Source: Octopus sinensis
Taxonomy: Eukaryota
Direction of reading: 5' to 3'
Assembly (NCBI RefSeq): GCF_006345805.1
Contig: NC_043003.1
Location: 4,278,001 to 4,342,000, forward strand
Length of the DNA: 64,000 nucleotides
Shown here: positions 12,222 to 24,624 of the stretch, in pieces
How the letters are laid out: each line of letters starts with the position of its first letter
Numbering within the stretch: the first letter of the stretch is position 1
Translations under genes and position numbers: made by a program
The notes under the pieces: model-generated
The model's input: only the letters and a program-made list of their open reading frames with translations
Told to the model about the DNA's origin: nothing
The model's database searches: none

Positions 12222-12408
12222 AATAAATTAGGAATAAATCCAAACTTACAGGGAAAAATTAGATTTAGGATTAAATCCAATTTATAGTATAAATATATTA
12301 TATTATATTAAATTAGAGATAAAACCACTATTAGGCAAATCAAACAGTGAAAAACATAAGCCAATACATAAAATTAATTTAAAATATAAAAGTTAAAAAA
12401 TAAAAAAT

Positions 12409-12410
<2 letters not shown>
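12222..12410 (+). mobile_element. AT-rich interspersed repeat (second copy at about 48182-48420)
   Basis: Shared ggaataaatccaaacttacagggaaaaa...aaaaccactattaggcaaatcaaac...cataagccaatacataaaa. Confidence 0.85.
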
Positions 12411-12445
<35 letters not shown>

Positions 12446-12831
12446 ATTATTTGAGGGAATATTATACTAATTTATTCTACCAAATATATACGTTTTTATT
12501 ATTATTCTGCAATTTATTTAATCATTGGTATTTTATTGTTATTTTAATTTTAATATTTCTATTATATGTAATTTTCTAGATGGTGTAATTTAATTGTTCA
12601 TTTTGAATTGATAAAAGGTGTTTTTTCTAATTTATATATATATATATATATATATGCTATGTATATAAGCGTGCATTTATGTGTGAGTATATGTACACAT
12701 ACTCGCGTATACTCACTTTTGCACACACATATGTGTAACTATACACAAACGCTAAACACTTTATATACGTATTCATATTAAGAGGTATAATATGCATGCG
12801 TGCACACCACACACCACACACACACACACAA

Positions 12832-13201
12832 TTCTTTTGTTTCAGTCATGTGACTGCGGCCATGCTGGAGCACCGCCTTGAATAGTTTTAGTCGAAGAAA
12901 TCGGCCCCAGGACTTATTCTTTGTAAGCCTAGTACTTATTCTATTGGTCTGTTTTGCCGAACTTCTAAGTTACGAGGACATAAACACACCCAGCATCGGT
13001 TGTCAAGTGAAGGTGGCGGGTGGTGGGGACAAACAAAGACACACACAAACACAGACATATATTTATACGACGGGCTTCTTTCAGTTTCCGTCTACCAAAT
13101 CCACTCACAAGCCTTTGGTCGGCCCGAGGCTATAGTAGAAGACACTTAACCAAGGTGCCACGCAGTGGGACTGAACCCGGAACCATGTGGTTGGGAAGCA
13201 A
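12832..13201 (-). mobile_element. SINE family A
   Basis: Near-full copy. Confidence 0.92.
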
Positions 13202-13260
13202 ATACACACACACACACACACATCAGTTAAATATACATATAAACATACGTGTGTGTGTAT

Positions 13261-13291
<31 letters not shown>

Positions 13292-13294
13292 TCT

Positions 13295-13467
13295 GTGTCT
13301 TTATTTGATAACCGGTGCTTGTTTGTTCACATCACCATAACATAGCATTTCAGCAGCAAAACATATCGATAAACTGCATTGATATCGATATGATCGACTG
13401 TTTAGTCGAACGGCAGTGCCTCAGCATGGCCATAACTCAATGACTGAAAGAAACAAACGCGTAAAAG
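13295..13467 (+). mobile_element. Old SINE family A, 3' half
   Basis: Degenerate ...cagcatggccataactcaatgactgaaagaaacaaacgcgtaaaag tail. Confidence 0.65.
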
Positions 13468-14027
13468 TGCGAACCTTTTGACTAATCACCGATTCTACCA
13501 GTTTCCCATTAGATTCTCTTGATTTCTTCATTGACCAAAGTCTTCAGATTTATAAGAATTTGTCGCAAGAACTTGACCAGAAGAACTATCGAACTGAAAG
13601 CCTATTGCCATTTTAACCAATGGCACCAGACAAGGGTATCTCCATCATCATCATCATTACCACCTTCCTCTTTTTCTCTCCGTCCTCCATCCTCTTCATG
13701 ATCATCCACATCACCACTCATCTCTGTCTCTTACAAAATCTTTATCTTCGTTATTGTCACTACCACAGGCACCACAAGCCCCTACACTACAAGCGCCCCA
13801 CCGTCACCCTCTCTACCATCACCACCACCCCACCACCATATCGCCAGCGTGATCATCATTATATTCATCATCATCATCTCCATCATCGCCATCAAACGGT
13901 AAAGAAGATCCCTCAGTGAGAACATCAACAACATCAATAACAGTTGCCGTAGTCATTGGCCATGAAATTGGTAAAGTTAGGTGAAGCGAGAAACTAGTAG
14001 TAGACAGGTGGATAATGTGAGACACAA

Positions 14028-14058
<31 letters not shown>

Positions 14059-14408
14059 GTGTGTATGTATATATAAATACACACATAACACTGAACGAAA
14101 AATTCAGAATGTGGAATAAATTTTCTTGGATACATGTTTCTTTTTTGGTGCCTGTGTGAATAGATATGCGTATATGAATGCGTGTGTGTGTGTGTGTATA
14201 TATATAATATATATGAGTGTGTGTGTGTGTGTGTGATATATATATATGTATATAAAGGTATGTATGTATATAAAAATATATGTATATGAATATATGTGTA
14301 TGTGTGTATATTATATATATATACACACTAAACGAAAAGTACAGAATATGAAATGGCATTTTAGTGTACATATATGGATGTGTGAATCTATGTGTGTGCG
14401 CGCGCACA

Positions 14409-14555
<147 letters not shown>

Positions 14556-14912
14556 AGCTGGGAATAGATCAGTTTAAGAACTGATAGAATTTCCAAAATT
14601 ATATTAAAAAAAAAGTCTTGGAGATGTTGCTCGATCGTTGAAACGTAATGGCCGTGGAAGATCATTGAATGACGATTGTTTTCTCCATTAAAGTTCCAGG
14701 AAACCAACCAATCACAGTTCTCGGTTAAATCCTCCTGAATCTAGGAATGTTTACTGAGGTGCTACAAGACTTTCGATAAACAAATATTTCTTCTCTCATG
14801 ACAAACGCTCAAACGTCCCAATGCTGTCCCAGTGGTACAGATTGAAGCTGACGTAATTATCACTGCGGACTTAAACATCAGTTTTCCTGGGCTATTTATA
14901 TTGTACTTCAAG

Positions 14913-15362
14913 GAAGGAAAGAAAAAGGGTTTATGATCTATGTTAAGGGACTCCGAGATTGATGGGACGAACACAAAAAAGTTGTTTTTAACTGGGGACT
15001 TGATTGGAAAGTTTGTACCAAATTCTGCAACCCTGCTAAAGACATTCGGGTTAGGGTGCGAAAAGGGAAGGAAAGAAAAAGGGTTTATGATATAAGGGAC
15101 TCCGAGATTATGGGACGAACACAAAAAAGTTGTTTTTAACTGGGGATTTGGTTGGAAAGTTTGTACCAAATTCTGCAACCCTGCTAAAGACATTCGGGTT
15201 AGGGTGCGAAAGGCGAAGGAAAGAAAAAGGGTTTATGATATAAGGGACTCCGAAATTGATGGGACGAACACAAAAAAGTTGTATTTAACTGGGGACTTGA
15301 TTGGAAAGTTTGCACCAAATTCTACAACCCTGCTAAAGACATTCGGGTTAGGGTGCGAAAGT
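14913..15362 (+). repeat. Tandem repeat, three units of about 148-154 bp
   Basis: Units start gaaggaaagaaaaagggtttatgat at 14913, 15067 and 15215; each ends cattcgggttagggtgcgaaa. Confidence 0.95.
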
Positions 15363-15739
15363 GGGTGAGGTATTAAATCTATTATGCAAAAGCGTGGGTG
15401 ACCATTCCGACGGGTCACCACACACTTTCTGTAGGTTAAATTTCACCATCAAGATATTGGTCAAACCGAGGTCGAAGAAGAACCCTTTTGCCCAATGTGG
15501 GACTGAAGCCGAAACGACGAGGTTGGAAAATGGGGTTCTTAACCACTCAACCACCAAAATTAGTAAAGTTTATTAAAATTCGTAGTGACTAGATTCGGAG
15601 CCCGAGCTGTAGCTTTCCTTCAGAATGTGAGTGTGTAAGCGTCTGTGTACGTATGCGCGTGTGTGCCAGTGTATCCGTGTACGTGTGTCCTTGATTTAGG
15701 ACTGTCCAGAAAATAATTCAAACCCAAACAACTATTGAC

Positions 15740-16060
15740 CCTGATGCAGCTCACACAAGACAAATCCTGGAATCCTGCCCTCGTATTTGTTACCGTTTCT
15801 GCCGATAGAAACATTCTAAATAGAAGACAATCAGTCAGATTAAATGACCAACATACACCGGGTTCTGACTCATGTACCAGATGGTTCCTCCTCTTGTCTT
15901 TTCAACCGCTACTATAACGGCCTCTGTTCATCTTCCCTAACGACTGTATCAACTGTGTTCTAATCCTGTCCTCCTTTGTTCCCTCTAGCATCACAAACCC
16001 ACCGCAAAACTATTTTCGCGACCTCTCCTAAGAATCTTTCAACTCCATACCTTTCCATAC
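15740..16060 (+). mobile_element. Decayed CR1/Jockey-group LINE 3' fragment
   Basis: Translated pieces ILNRRQSVRL and CLFNRYYNGLCSS resemble the post-RT region of CR1/Jockey ORF2; frameshifted. Confidence 0.5.
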
Positions 16061-16367
16061 GTGCCCTCCATGTAAGAGAACATTCCGGCCTGGATAGGCG
16101 CCGTTAGTTAATTGCGGGTTGGCTGATGGGATCGATACATGGATAGTACGCATGCGCTCAAGAATGTACAGGTGACACAGAAGCCATTCCTCAGTGTTGG
16201 TCATCTTGGACAAGGAAGGACGAGCATGAAGGTATCTCTCGCCCACCTACATCCGTCCGACCACACACGCACGCACACGCACACACACATCTTTACATTA
16301 CATGAATAACATTCTTTGTCATTTTAGTAGGAATACTTTTAATCATCTTCTAAAACGCCGTACTTTC

Positions 16368-16494
16368 CAACCACACGGTTCTGGGTTCAGTTCCCACTGC
16401 GTGGTAAGTTGGGTATTATGTCAACTGTAACCTTGAGGCAACCAAAGCCTTGTGAGTGTATTTGGTAGACGGAAACTGAAAGAAGCCCGTCGTA

Positions 16495-16541
<47 letters not shown>

Positions 16542-16559
16542 TGGTAAAAATGTATATAA

Positions 16560-16590
<31 letters not shown>

Positions 16591-16831
16591 CGTGCGTGCG
16601 AGTGTGCGTTTGTCCCCCACCGCTTGACAACCGGTGACCCAACGGTTCCGCGTGACCCAGCAGTTCCGTGAAAACAGACAGACAGAAGACGTACGAGGTT
16701 TAAAAATTAAAAATAAGTCCTGGGGTCGATTCGTTCGACTAAAAATAAATAAATAAATAAATATATAAAAACTTCAAGGCGGTGCCCTAGCATGGCCACA
16801 GTCTAACGACTGAAACAAGTAAAAGATAAAA
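16368..16831 (+). mobile_element. SINE family A
   Basis: Head fragment to the gaaacaagtaaaagataaaa tail. Confidence 0.9.
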
Positions 16832-17595
16832 AGCTATTACTCGACACAATAAAAACTAAAATCTTTAAGACAAAAACATAGATTGATAGACACACAGACA
16901 CACACTAACATGTGCCCGTCCGTCCGTCCGTCCGTCCGTCCAAACACGCTCTCTTCACAGAACGATGTAAGAGAGGAAGATAGAGATAACAGACACATCG
17001 GTAACGATACTGAAGTCCTGTTATTGACAGTTGAAAACTTCGTTTCGTTTCAATTCTTCCGGCTTTTATCTTTTTATCTCGTTGACTTTCAACCCTCTTC
17101 AGTCTTTGTATTTCCCACTCCTCCCTCAAGTAGACCCCGAAATCCTTAAATCTTCCCATTAACCCCAGAAATGCCACAGCTTTCATCACCACCACTTTTT
17201 TTTTACGATTTCTCTTTCACGTTCATTCAACCGTTGAGTTTATATCAGAAAGAAATAGGCGAATTCTGTACCGGAACGAATTGGCGAAGACGAACAACGT
17301 CAGCGAAGACATCAACAACGACATCAACAACAGCAATAACAACAGCAATTATTCTGTTAACAACTCTGACAACGCAAGGTAATAATGAGGGACAATACAG
17401 CAACAATACGACAGGGAAACTATTAGTAATAAAAAAAAAAAGGAAAAATACAGAAATAAGTATGACATAAAAACATTTTGAAGCTGATAATCTCAATAAT
17501 AGAAAGGAACACCAGCGTTAATTTTCTTATTTGGGCCCCAGGCTAGGAAACAGGAGCAGAAGGGGAGTTGATTAAATTGAGCCGAATAATGTTAT

Positions 17596-17811
17596 TAGTA
17601 TCAAATTTTGGCACAAGGCCAGCAATTTCTGGGAAGCGGGTGTGTCGACTGTATTATCCCCCAATACTCAACTGGTACTTATTTTATCGACTCCGAAAGG
17701 ATGAAAGGCAAATTTGACCACTGTGAAATTTAAATACAGAACGTAAAGCCGGAAGAAAAGGCGCAAAATATATTGTCCGGCACCGCAATAATTCTGCCAA
17801 CTCAACGCCTT
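17596..17811 (-). mobile_element. SINE family B-related (caaattttggcacaaggccagcaattt tail)
   Basis: Core cgaaaggatgaaaggcaaa and decayed head. Confidence 0.8.
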
Positions 17812-18940
17812 ATTTTATCTTCATAATAACGTAAAATGGTTTCTTTTGGCACGGTAGGGCCAAAACATAGGGGATAAAATGGGAAATGCAGAAAAAGGAA
17901 CTGTGGGGGGCAAAAACCAGTAAAAAGAAAATGATAGCCAACAGCGCTGGTAGATAAAAAAGTGAACGGTCGGGTGATGATGATGATGATCCAAACAGTG
18001 ATAATATTACAATCTGTAGAAGTTCAACGAAGAAGCCATTGATAAGAGATTCCCCAACATATGTCCGTTCCTGGTGACCGAAGATTTTACAGAAAACAAA
18101 ATAAAAAAGATTTTTGTTTGTTTTTTTACTGTTTTTTTTTTCACCAATTAATTATTAAAGAGTAGCGTCACTTCTAATTGTGTCCTCGAGCACAAAGCAT
18201 GTCATTGGCGCGCCACAGGCCAGCTATCGTGTAGTTATGACCTTTTAACAATTGGCTTCAATGAAAAGCTTGCCTTTAAAAGCTATGCTACAGAAAAATG
18301 TAGATCCCGTCCTCAACTTCCTTGATTTCATGAACGTGACCAGCCAGCCGTGCCATCTAAAATGAATTCATGTAACAAAGAGTAAGGAAACTAACTGCTC
18401 GAGCGTCACCTCCAGAACTTCCTTATCTCTTGACGGGACCCAAACTTGTTTGCCTTTTGACGGACAGACAGAGAGGGCAGTGGTTGCATACAATATACTA
18501 ATAGAAAAATAATTATGATTTATTTTATTGTATCAGATATAATTCAAAGAGAATTGAGTAGGAAAAGTCAAAATACAGCTAAGAAAGGGACGTGATGAAT
18601 ATGAAGAGATAATTCGATGGACAGAGCGAAATAGATAAAGACAGAAGAAGAAAGACTAATAGAATAAGAAGAGGAAGAGTAGGAGGAGTAAAGGAAGAAA
18701 GAGATAAAATATGGTATTTAAACAAAACAACGTTAAAAAAAACAGAGAAAAAGAGCAATGGTAACAATGTCAACACAATACTGGAAAGATCTATCTGCAG
18801 GCGTTTGATATATGTATTCTTCCAACCTCTTTTTATTATTATCTCCCTTTCATTCAACCTCTTTTTTCTCCCAATCATTCGCCATGTTGGACCACTGAAC
18901 TCAACACGTTCTTTTCATTCTCTCTCTATTTCTTCTTATT

Positions 18941-18978
18941 TCTTTCTGTCGAAGAGCTTAGGCTCGAAACGTAAAAGA
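18941..18978 (+). ncRNA. Minimal hammerhead ribozyme-like motif
   Basis: UCUUU-CUGUCGA-A-GAGC-uuag-GCUC-GAAA-CG-UA-AAAGA. Helix I is 5 bp perfect, helix II 4 bp, helix III the ACGU palindrome. Core A6 reads U. Confidence 0.7.
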
Positions 18979-19086
18979 CTTTTCCATTTACCCCGAGCGT
19001 CCTAACCAATACATCTGCTTGTTGTTCATACGCCTGTCTTTGTCCTTTGGTTTTCTATAAATCTGAACTATATAAATATATAGCAT

Positions 19087-19252
19087 CTTTTATCTTGTTT
19101 CAGTCATTAGACTGTGGCCATGCTGGGGCACCGCCTTGAAGTTTTTAGTCGAATTAATTGACCCCAGTACTTTTTCTATCGATATCTTTTACCGAACCGC
19201 TAAGTTGCGGGGATGTAAACACGCCAACACCAGTTGTCAAACGGTGGCGGGG

Positions 19253-19260
<8 letters not shown>
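19087..19260 (-). mobile_element. SINE family A, 3' half
   Basis: Family tail and body to the internal (CA)n. Confidence 0.88.
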
Positions 19261-19291
<31 letters not shown>

Positions 19292-19712
19292 TATAGTAAT
19301 AATAATGACCCTTTGGTGTAATTTATGAATATTTTATCGCAGCGGTACGCGCGTTTCCACAAATCACATGTCTGCCTCTGCCACACACACATAAATTACT
19401 TGTTGCTAGTTGAATCCGTTGGAACATTAAGAGAATGGCAGCCATGCTGTACAAATGATTCTTCTTATAGAAATTGCTGCTTTGATACGGTTTGTGCTGT
19501 TTTATTTTTTCCTCAGTCGTACAAACGAAACCTTTACTGGTCTGTTTGTTGTTACGGTCGAGTTATTTCGCCTTTCTTGCATTAACGAAACACCGACCAA
19601 GCCGTAACTTCTTCACTCCACAGCAGACTACAATCTCTCCGTAACACTAACCTAAACGTTAACGTAGAACAGCGGTTCCCAACCTGGGACCACAGAAGAT
19701 TTTCTTCATAAA

Positions 19713-19881
19713 ATTTATCTGCATTAAATAAGTTATACTTCTTCAATTCATACAATATCCTCACAATTTCATTTAAACAACTTCTGATAATATATATATT
19801 TCTTTATCAGAAGTTGTTTAAATGAAATTGTGAGGATATTGTATGAATTGAAGAAGTATAACTTATTTAATGCAGATAAAT
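19713..19881. repeat. Perfect 78-bp inverted repeat with 13-nt spacer, following a hAT-like terminus
   Basis: 19713-19790 is the reverse complement of 19804-19881; cagcggttcccaacct at 19670-19685 resembles a hAT/Charlie TIR. Confidence 0.93.
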
Positions 19882-19883
19882 AT

Positions 19884-20115
19884 ATTTCTTTACTGCCCAC
19901 AAGGGGCTAAATATAGAGGGGACAAACAAGGACAGACAAAGGGATTAAGTCGATTACATCGACACCAGTGCGTAACTGGTACTTATTTAATCGACCCCGA
20001 AAGGATAAAAGGCAAAGTCGACCTCGGCGGAATTTGAACTCAGAACGTAGCGGCAGACAAAATACTGCTATGCATTTCACCCGGCGTGCTAACGTTTCTG
20101 CCAGCTCACCGCCTT
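19884..20115 (-). mobile_element. SINE family B, full length
   Basis: Head to tail match with 35839-36071. Confidence 0.93.
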
Positions 20116-20477
20116 TATATATAATAATATATAATAACAAAAATATAACACTGGATTAAAAAAAATTTTTTTTAAGTTGTTTTAGTTTTTTTTAACTGGT
20201 TTAGGGACAACTTTGCACCGTTGAATCCGAAAATGAGATCCGTTCCTCTCGATTAGGTCAGGTTTCTATGTTAAGCTGAGTTTTTTAAAAATCCGATCTT
20301 CTGACGAACTTACATTTTTCTGACATTATCGTTGATATGTGTGTGTGTGATGCTTTGGATATTAGTAATTAAATTGATTACATTATATATATATGTGTGT
20401 GTGTGTGTGTGTATATATATACATACACATACAGACACATACGTGTGTGTGTGTGTGTGTGTGTGTATATATTTTTT

Positions 20478-20667
20478 CTTTTACTTGTTTCAGTCATTTG
20501 ACTGCGGCCATGCTGGAGCACCGCCTTTAGTCGAGCAAATCGACCCCGGGACTTATTCTTTGTAAGCCCAGTACTTATTCTATCGGTCTCTTTTTGATGA
20601 ACTGCTAAGTGACGGGGACGTAAACACACCAGCATCGGTTGTCAAGCAATGCTAGGGGGACAAACAG

Positions 20668-20700
<33 letters not shown>

Positions 20701-20874
20701 TACATACATACATATATATACATATATACGACAGGCTTCTTTCAGTTTCCGTCTACCAAATCCACTCACAAGGCATTGGCCGGCCCGGGGCTATAGCAGA
20801 AGACACTTGCCCAAGGTGCCACGCAGTGGGACTGAACCCGGAACCATGTGGTTGGTTAGCAAGCCACTCCTGCG

Positions 20875-20878
<4 letters not shown>
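20478..20878 (-). mobile_element. SINE family A, young full-length copy nested in the transposon
   Basis: Nearly identical to 32421-32827. Confidence 0.95.
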
Positions 20879-20925
<47 letters not shown>

Positions 20926-21031
20926 TATATAATTACAAATAAGGGTGAAAAATTAGATATTAATTTAATAATACCATCAATTTAACACCAAGTGGCTTAG
21001 CGCATAAAAACCAGGGATACAATAAAAATTG

Positions 21032-21159
21032 ATACATAAATATAAGAGAGTGACCACTATATGGTCGACTAGCGCTAAAAATAGATCCGCTAATACCAAA
21101 GCGGATCTATTTTTAGCGCTAGTCGACCATATAGTGGTCACTCTCTTATATTTATGTAT
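21032..21159. repeat. Perfect 60-bp inverted repeat with 8-nt spacer
   Basis: 21032-21091 versus 21100-21159. The upstream flank 20935-21030 is related to the reverse complement of about 8530-8625. Confidence 0.93.
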
Positions 21160-21160
21160 G

Positions 21161-21215
<55 letters not shown>

Positions 21216-22595
21216 TTATCGGTTAATTTTTGTTAATATTTCTCATCCGGAACACAGTTATTGATTAAGTGTTACAAACTTCGATTACTTTAAATTGAAT
21301 AGCAGACTCTGATAAAGATAAATATCTGTAAATTAAATGTTACGTCATCATTGTTCAAAAATTCAGGGTTTGAACTTGCGATTATTCGAACCTCTAGAAT
21401 GCTGAGCGGCAGGAACGTCTCTCTCTTCAGAGTCCAACAGTAATCTACCATCACGACTTCATCCCAGCGTCCCTGATACCTGGTCTCCATCTTTCATGTC
21501 CTGATGGAATCTTTCCTCCTGCTCGTCACTCATTAATCTCAGATTCTCAGGAAACCGATCCATTTCAGAGAATAAGTAATGCATTTTAATGTTCCCGTTG
21601 CATCCGAGATTTCTGAAAGCAACCAGCATACTGATGACAAGTTCTGCGTAGTTCCTCGCCTTGTTGTTGCCAAGAAATTTCTTCACGACCAGAACAAAAG
21701 CCTTTCCACGCTTCCAGTTCAACTTCATTCATTGAGGTTTCAAACTAAGGCTCTCTGATGAGCTGATGGATTTGAGGACCATCAAAGATACCAGCTTTTA
21801 ACTTCTCAATGGTCAATCCTGGAAAAGCCTGTTATCGGTTATAAGAACCTCAAAGCACCGGTCATTTACGTATTCAATACAAGACGAAACGGCTGAGGTT
21901 TCGGAAATATCTTGATTTTGCTGTTGTTTAACCCCAAGTTAGTTCTGATCAGGCAGAGTCATTGAAAAGGAGCATTCAATTTAGAGACAAAGTGTGTGTG
22001 TGTGTGTACCGTGGACTACGTTATCTAATGTGCCCTTTATAATAAGACAAACATAGTTTAAGAGCGAGGTGGCTGATATTTTTAGCAGAATGTTCGTCTT
22101 TGTTTTACGCAGAGACAAGGAGAATGGTGGGGACGGGTGCTGGGGAATGAGAAACGGGTGCATAGAGTTGGTTTACATGTAGAAATCATTGAATTAGCAA
22201 GTTTAGAGATGCTGATAAAAGCCTGCAGTAATTATCCCTATATAGTTACGTATTTCTCAATATTTGATGTTTTTCTTAAGTCAGTAGGGGAGTGAAATTC
22301 AATAATAGTTCTCTGCTTTTGTTTCACACTTTCAGAAAATAATACCCGTTCTCTTACTTAACCGTTTGATCTATTTTCCATTTCTCCATTTTTAGGGTTT
22401 TTTCTTTTTATGTTTTTTTAATAACAACGAAAGAGAAGAGAAAATGTCAGACCGATTGATAAATCTAACAAGACTGTTGTTTATCTTTGGCCAGACTTAC
22501 GATATGTCATAATATTATGATTGTATTCATCTATGACTACTCGCAGCAGCTATGTTACAATCTCATGAATCAGATTATAATTTTGTCTGGACCAG

Positions 22596-22611
22596 TAGTG
22601 CCATCTGGTGG
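22596..22611 (-). promoter_or_regulatory. CTCF-like binding motif
   Basis: Minus strand CCACCAGATGGCACTA matches the CTCF core consensus and lies in non-repeat sequence. Confidence 0.5.
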
Positions 22612-22783
22612 AGTGGAAAGGAAACAGCTTCTGTAAACTATGTAACAGGATAGCGAATGTTATAATAACAATGGCGGAGAGGTGGGGGTCGGGGGAGGAG
22701 CGTCATTACACTATGGAAACATGTTGGATTCACAGATTGTTGACAAAATATTCATATCGACGTATGTATGTTCCTTAACTTTA

Positions 22784-22834
<51 letters not shown>

Positions 22835-23069
22835 TGCACCGGCTTATACTCGTGTATGTTTGTGGATCCCATATATGTACACTTTGGGTGTATATATGTA
22901 ATTTCATGTGTCTAATTCTACACATACATTGGTAAATATTTACCGCTTTATCCCTCTGTCTATCCATATCCGTGTGTGTATGTATGTATATATGTATATA
23001 TATTCACACGTGTCTGTGTGTGAATATATATATACACACACGCGTGTCTGTGGGTGTGTGTGTATGTAT

Positions 23070-23109
<40 letters not shown>

Positions 23110-23691
23110 GTGTGTGTGTGTTGATTGTGTGTGTGTGTTCACACTTTATACACACACACACACATATATATATATGGGTCTGTGTAAAAAGTGTGAATAG
23201 CTAATTTAAATACGACGGTTGTTTAACTCGATATAGTTGGTTAAGTAAATTTATTAACCCTGCTCGAAGAGATTCTAAGCTGAGCTCCTCCCCACCATTT
23301 CTTAATAACACCCAGCTGCTAATACCACCCAGGTACGAAACATTGCTTGCTATATGTTCACACCAGTATATAGGTATTAATCCCTTGTGGATGAGGAATT
23401 TGACGAGCTGGTGGTGATTGCACTATGCGCGTTAGGTTTGTGGGATGGCCTAGTGTACACACACACACACACAAACACACACACTATGTTCCGAGTTCAA
23501 ATCTGGTCTCTTATTCTCGGAAAAAAAAATCCCGGTTCATTTGAGACCCAGCAGAATGTGATGGGTTTTGGAAAATCTTAATTGCTCTGTTATCGGGGAA
23601 AACGCGAGATCCTTCACGGTTCTGTGCACTTAACGAACGGCATTATATATATATATATGTATGTATATACATAAAATGTTCTCCAGCTATA

Positions 23692-23831
23692 GTCGACTTT
23701 GCCTTTCATCCTTTCGTGGTCGATTAAATAAGTACGAGTTACGCACTGGGATCGATATAATCGACTTAATCCGTTTGTCTGTCCTTGTTTGTCTCCTCTG
23801 TGTTTAGCCCCTTGTGGGTAGTAAAGAAATA
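23692..23831 (+). mobile_element. SINE family B, 3' half
   Basis: gtcgactttgcctttcatcc to agccccttgtgggtagtaaagaaata. Confidence 0.9.
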
Positions 23832-24581
23832 ATAAAATGTTCGTTATATATGCATATAATGTTAGTTTTACACACACACACGCACGCGGATATGCATTGG
23901 CGAATTATATATTTCCTATTTGGAGGTTTCAATCGGCGAAACAAATTTAACTGGATGCCTGCGCTTTATGATCAAAAGCCCTTGATATATTTGTTCCGCC
24001 CCGAATTACTAACACACACTTGTTATTCAACCGGCGACTGAATCAATGTTATCAAGTAATCAACGATTCTCTTGTTTACCAATTGCCACATGAAATATTT
24101 AAAAGATATCTTAAAAACTGTTGGATGCAACGTATGGAATATTTGACTATTATTTCTAGCACTTCTTGTGACTTTGTAGTAGCTCCGTTGCTAGTGGATA
24201 TTTTATCTGATGACGAAATCTCACGTTTCGAATACCGAGGGAGCAAGTTCGATACCTTGTGTCTACGGAAATGAATATTTCGCGTTTGTTGGTAGATAGC
24301 GAGTAATAGTATTAGCGGTTTGTCATTTAGTGTTTACAAAGTAACCAAAGCTACATAAGCAGTAAGCAGTAACTATTACTGCGTTTTTTTAAACTAGTAC
24401 ATAATTATTTTAACACTAACATGTATTAGCAATTACTATTCTTAATCTCTTTGCCTTCTGCCCAATAAAAACAATAGTTTCCTAATAATCTCCTTCTCCC
24501 TCTTTCGCACAATCTCTCTCTCTCTCTGTCACATTCACTTTCTGTGTGTGTTGTGTGTGTGTAGTGTGTAGTGTGTGTGTG

Positions 24582-24624
<43 letters not shown>

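Larger units (their letters stand above)
20149..21994 (-). mobile_element. Chapaev3-like (CMC superfamily) DNA transposon remnant with nested insertions
   Basis: Minus-strand 21880-21400 translates with frameshifts to GLTIEKLKAGIFDGPQIHQLI..EVELEAWK..FVLVVKKFLGNNKARNYAELV..MHYLFS..FPENL..SDEQEERFHQDM..METRYQGRWD..DYCWTLKRE. CAC...GTG ends at 20149 and 21994. Family name is from recalled motifs. Confidence 0.7.

Noticed and set aside
14913-15362. CRISPR-like or operon-like regular repeats
   Set aside because: Units are contiguous with no unique spacers, the DNA is eukaryotic, and no cas genes are present.
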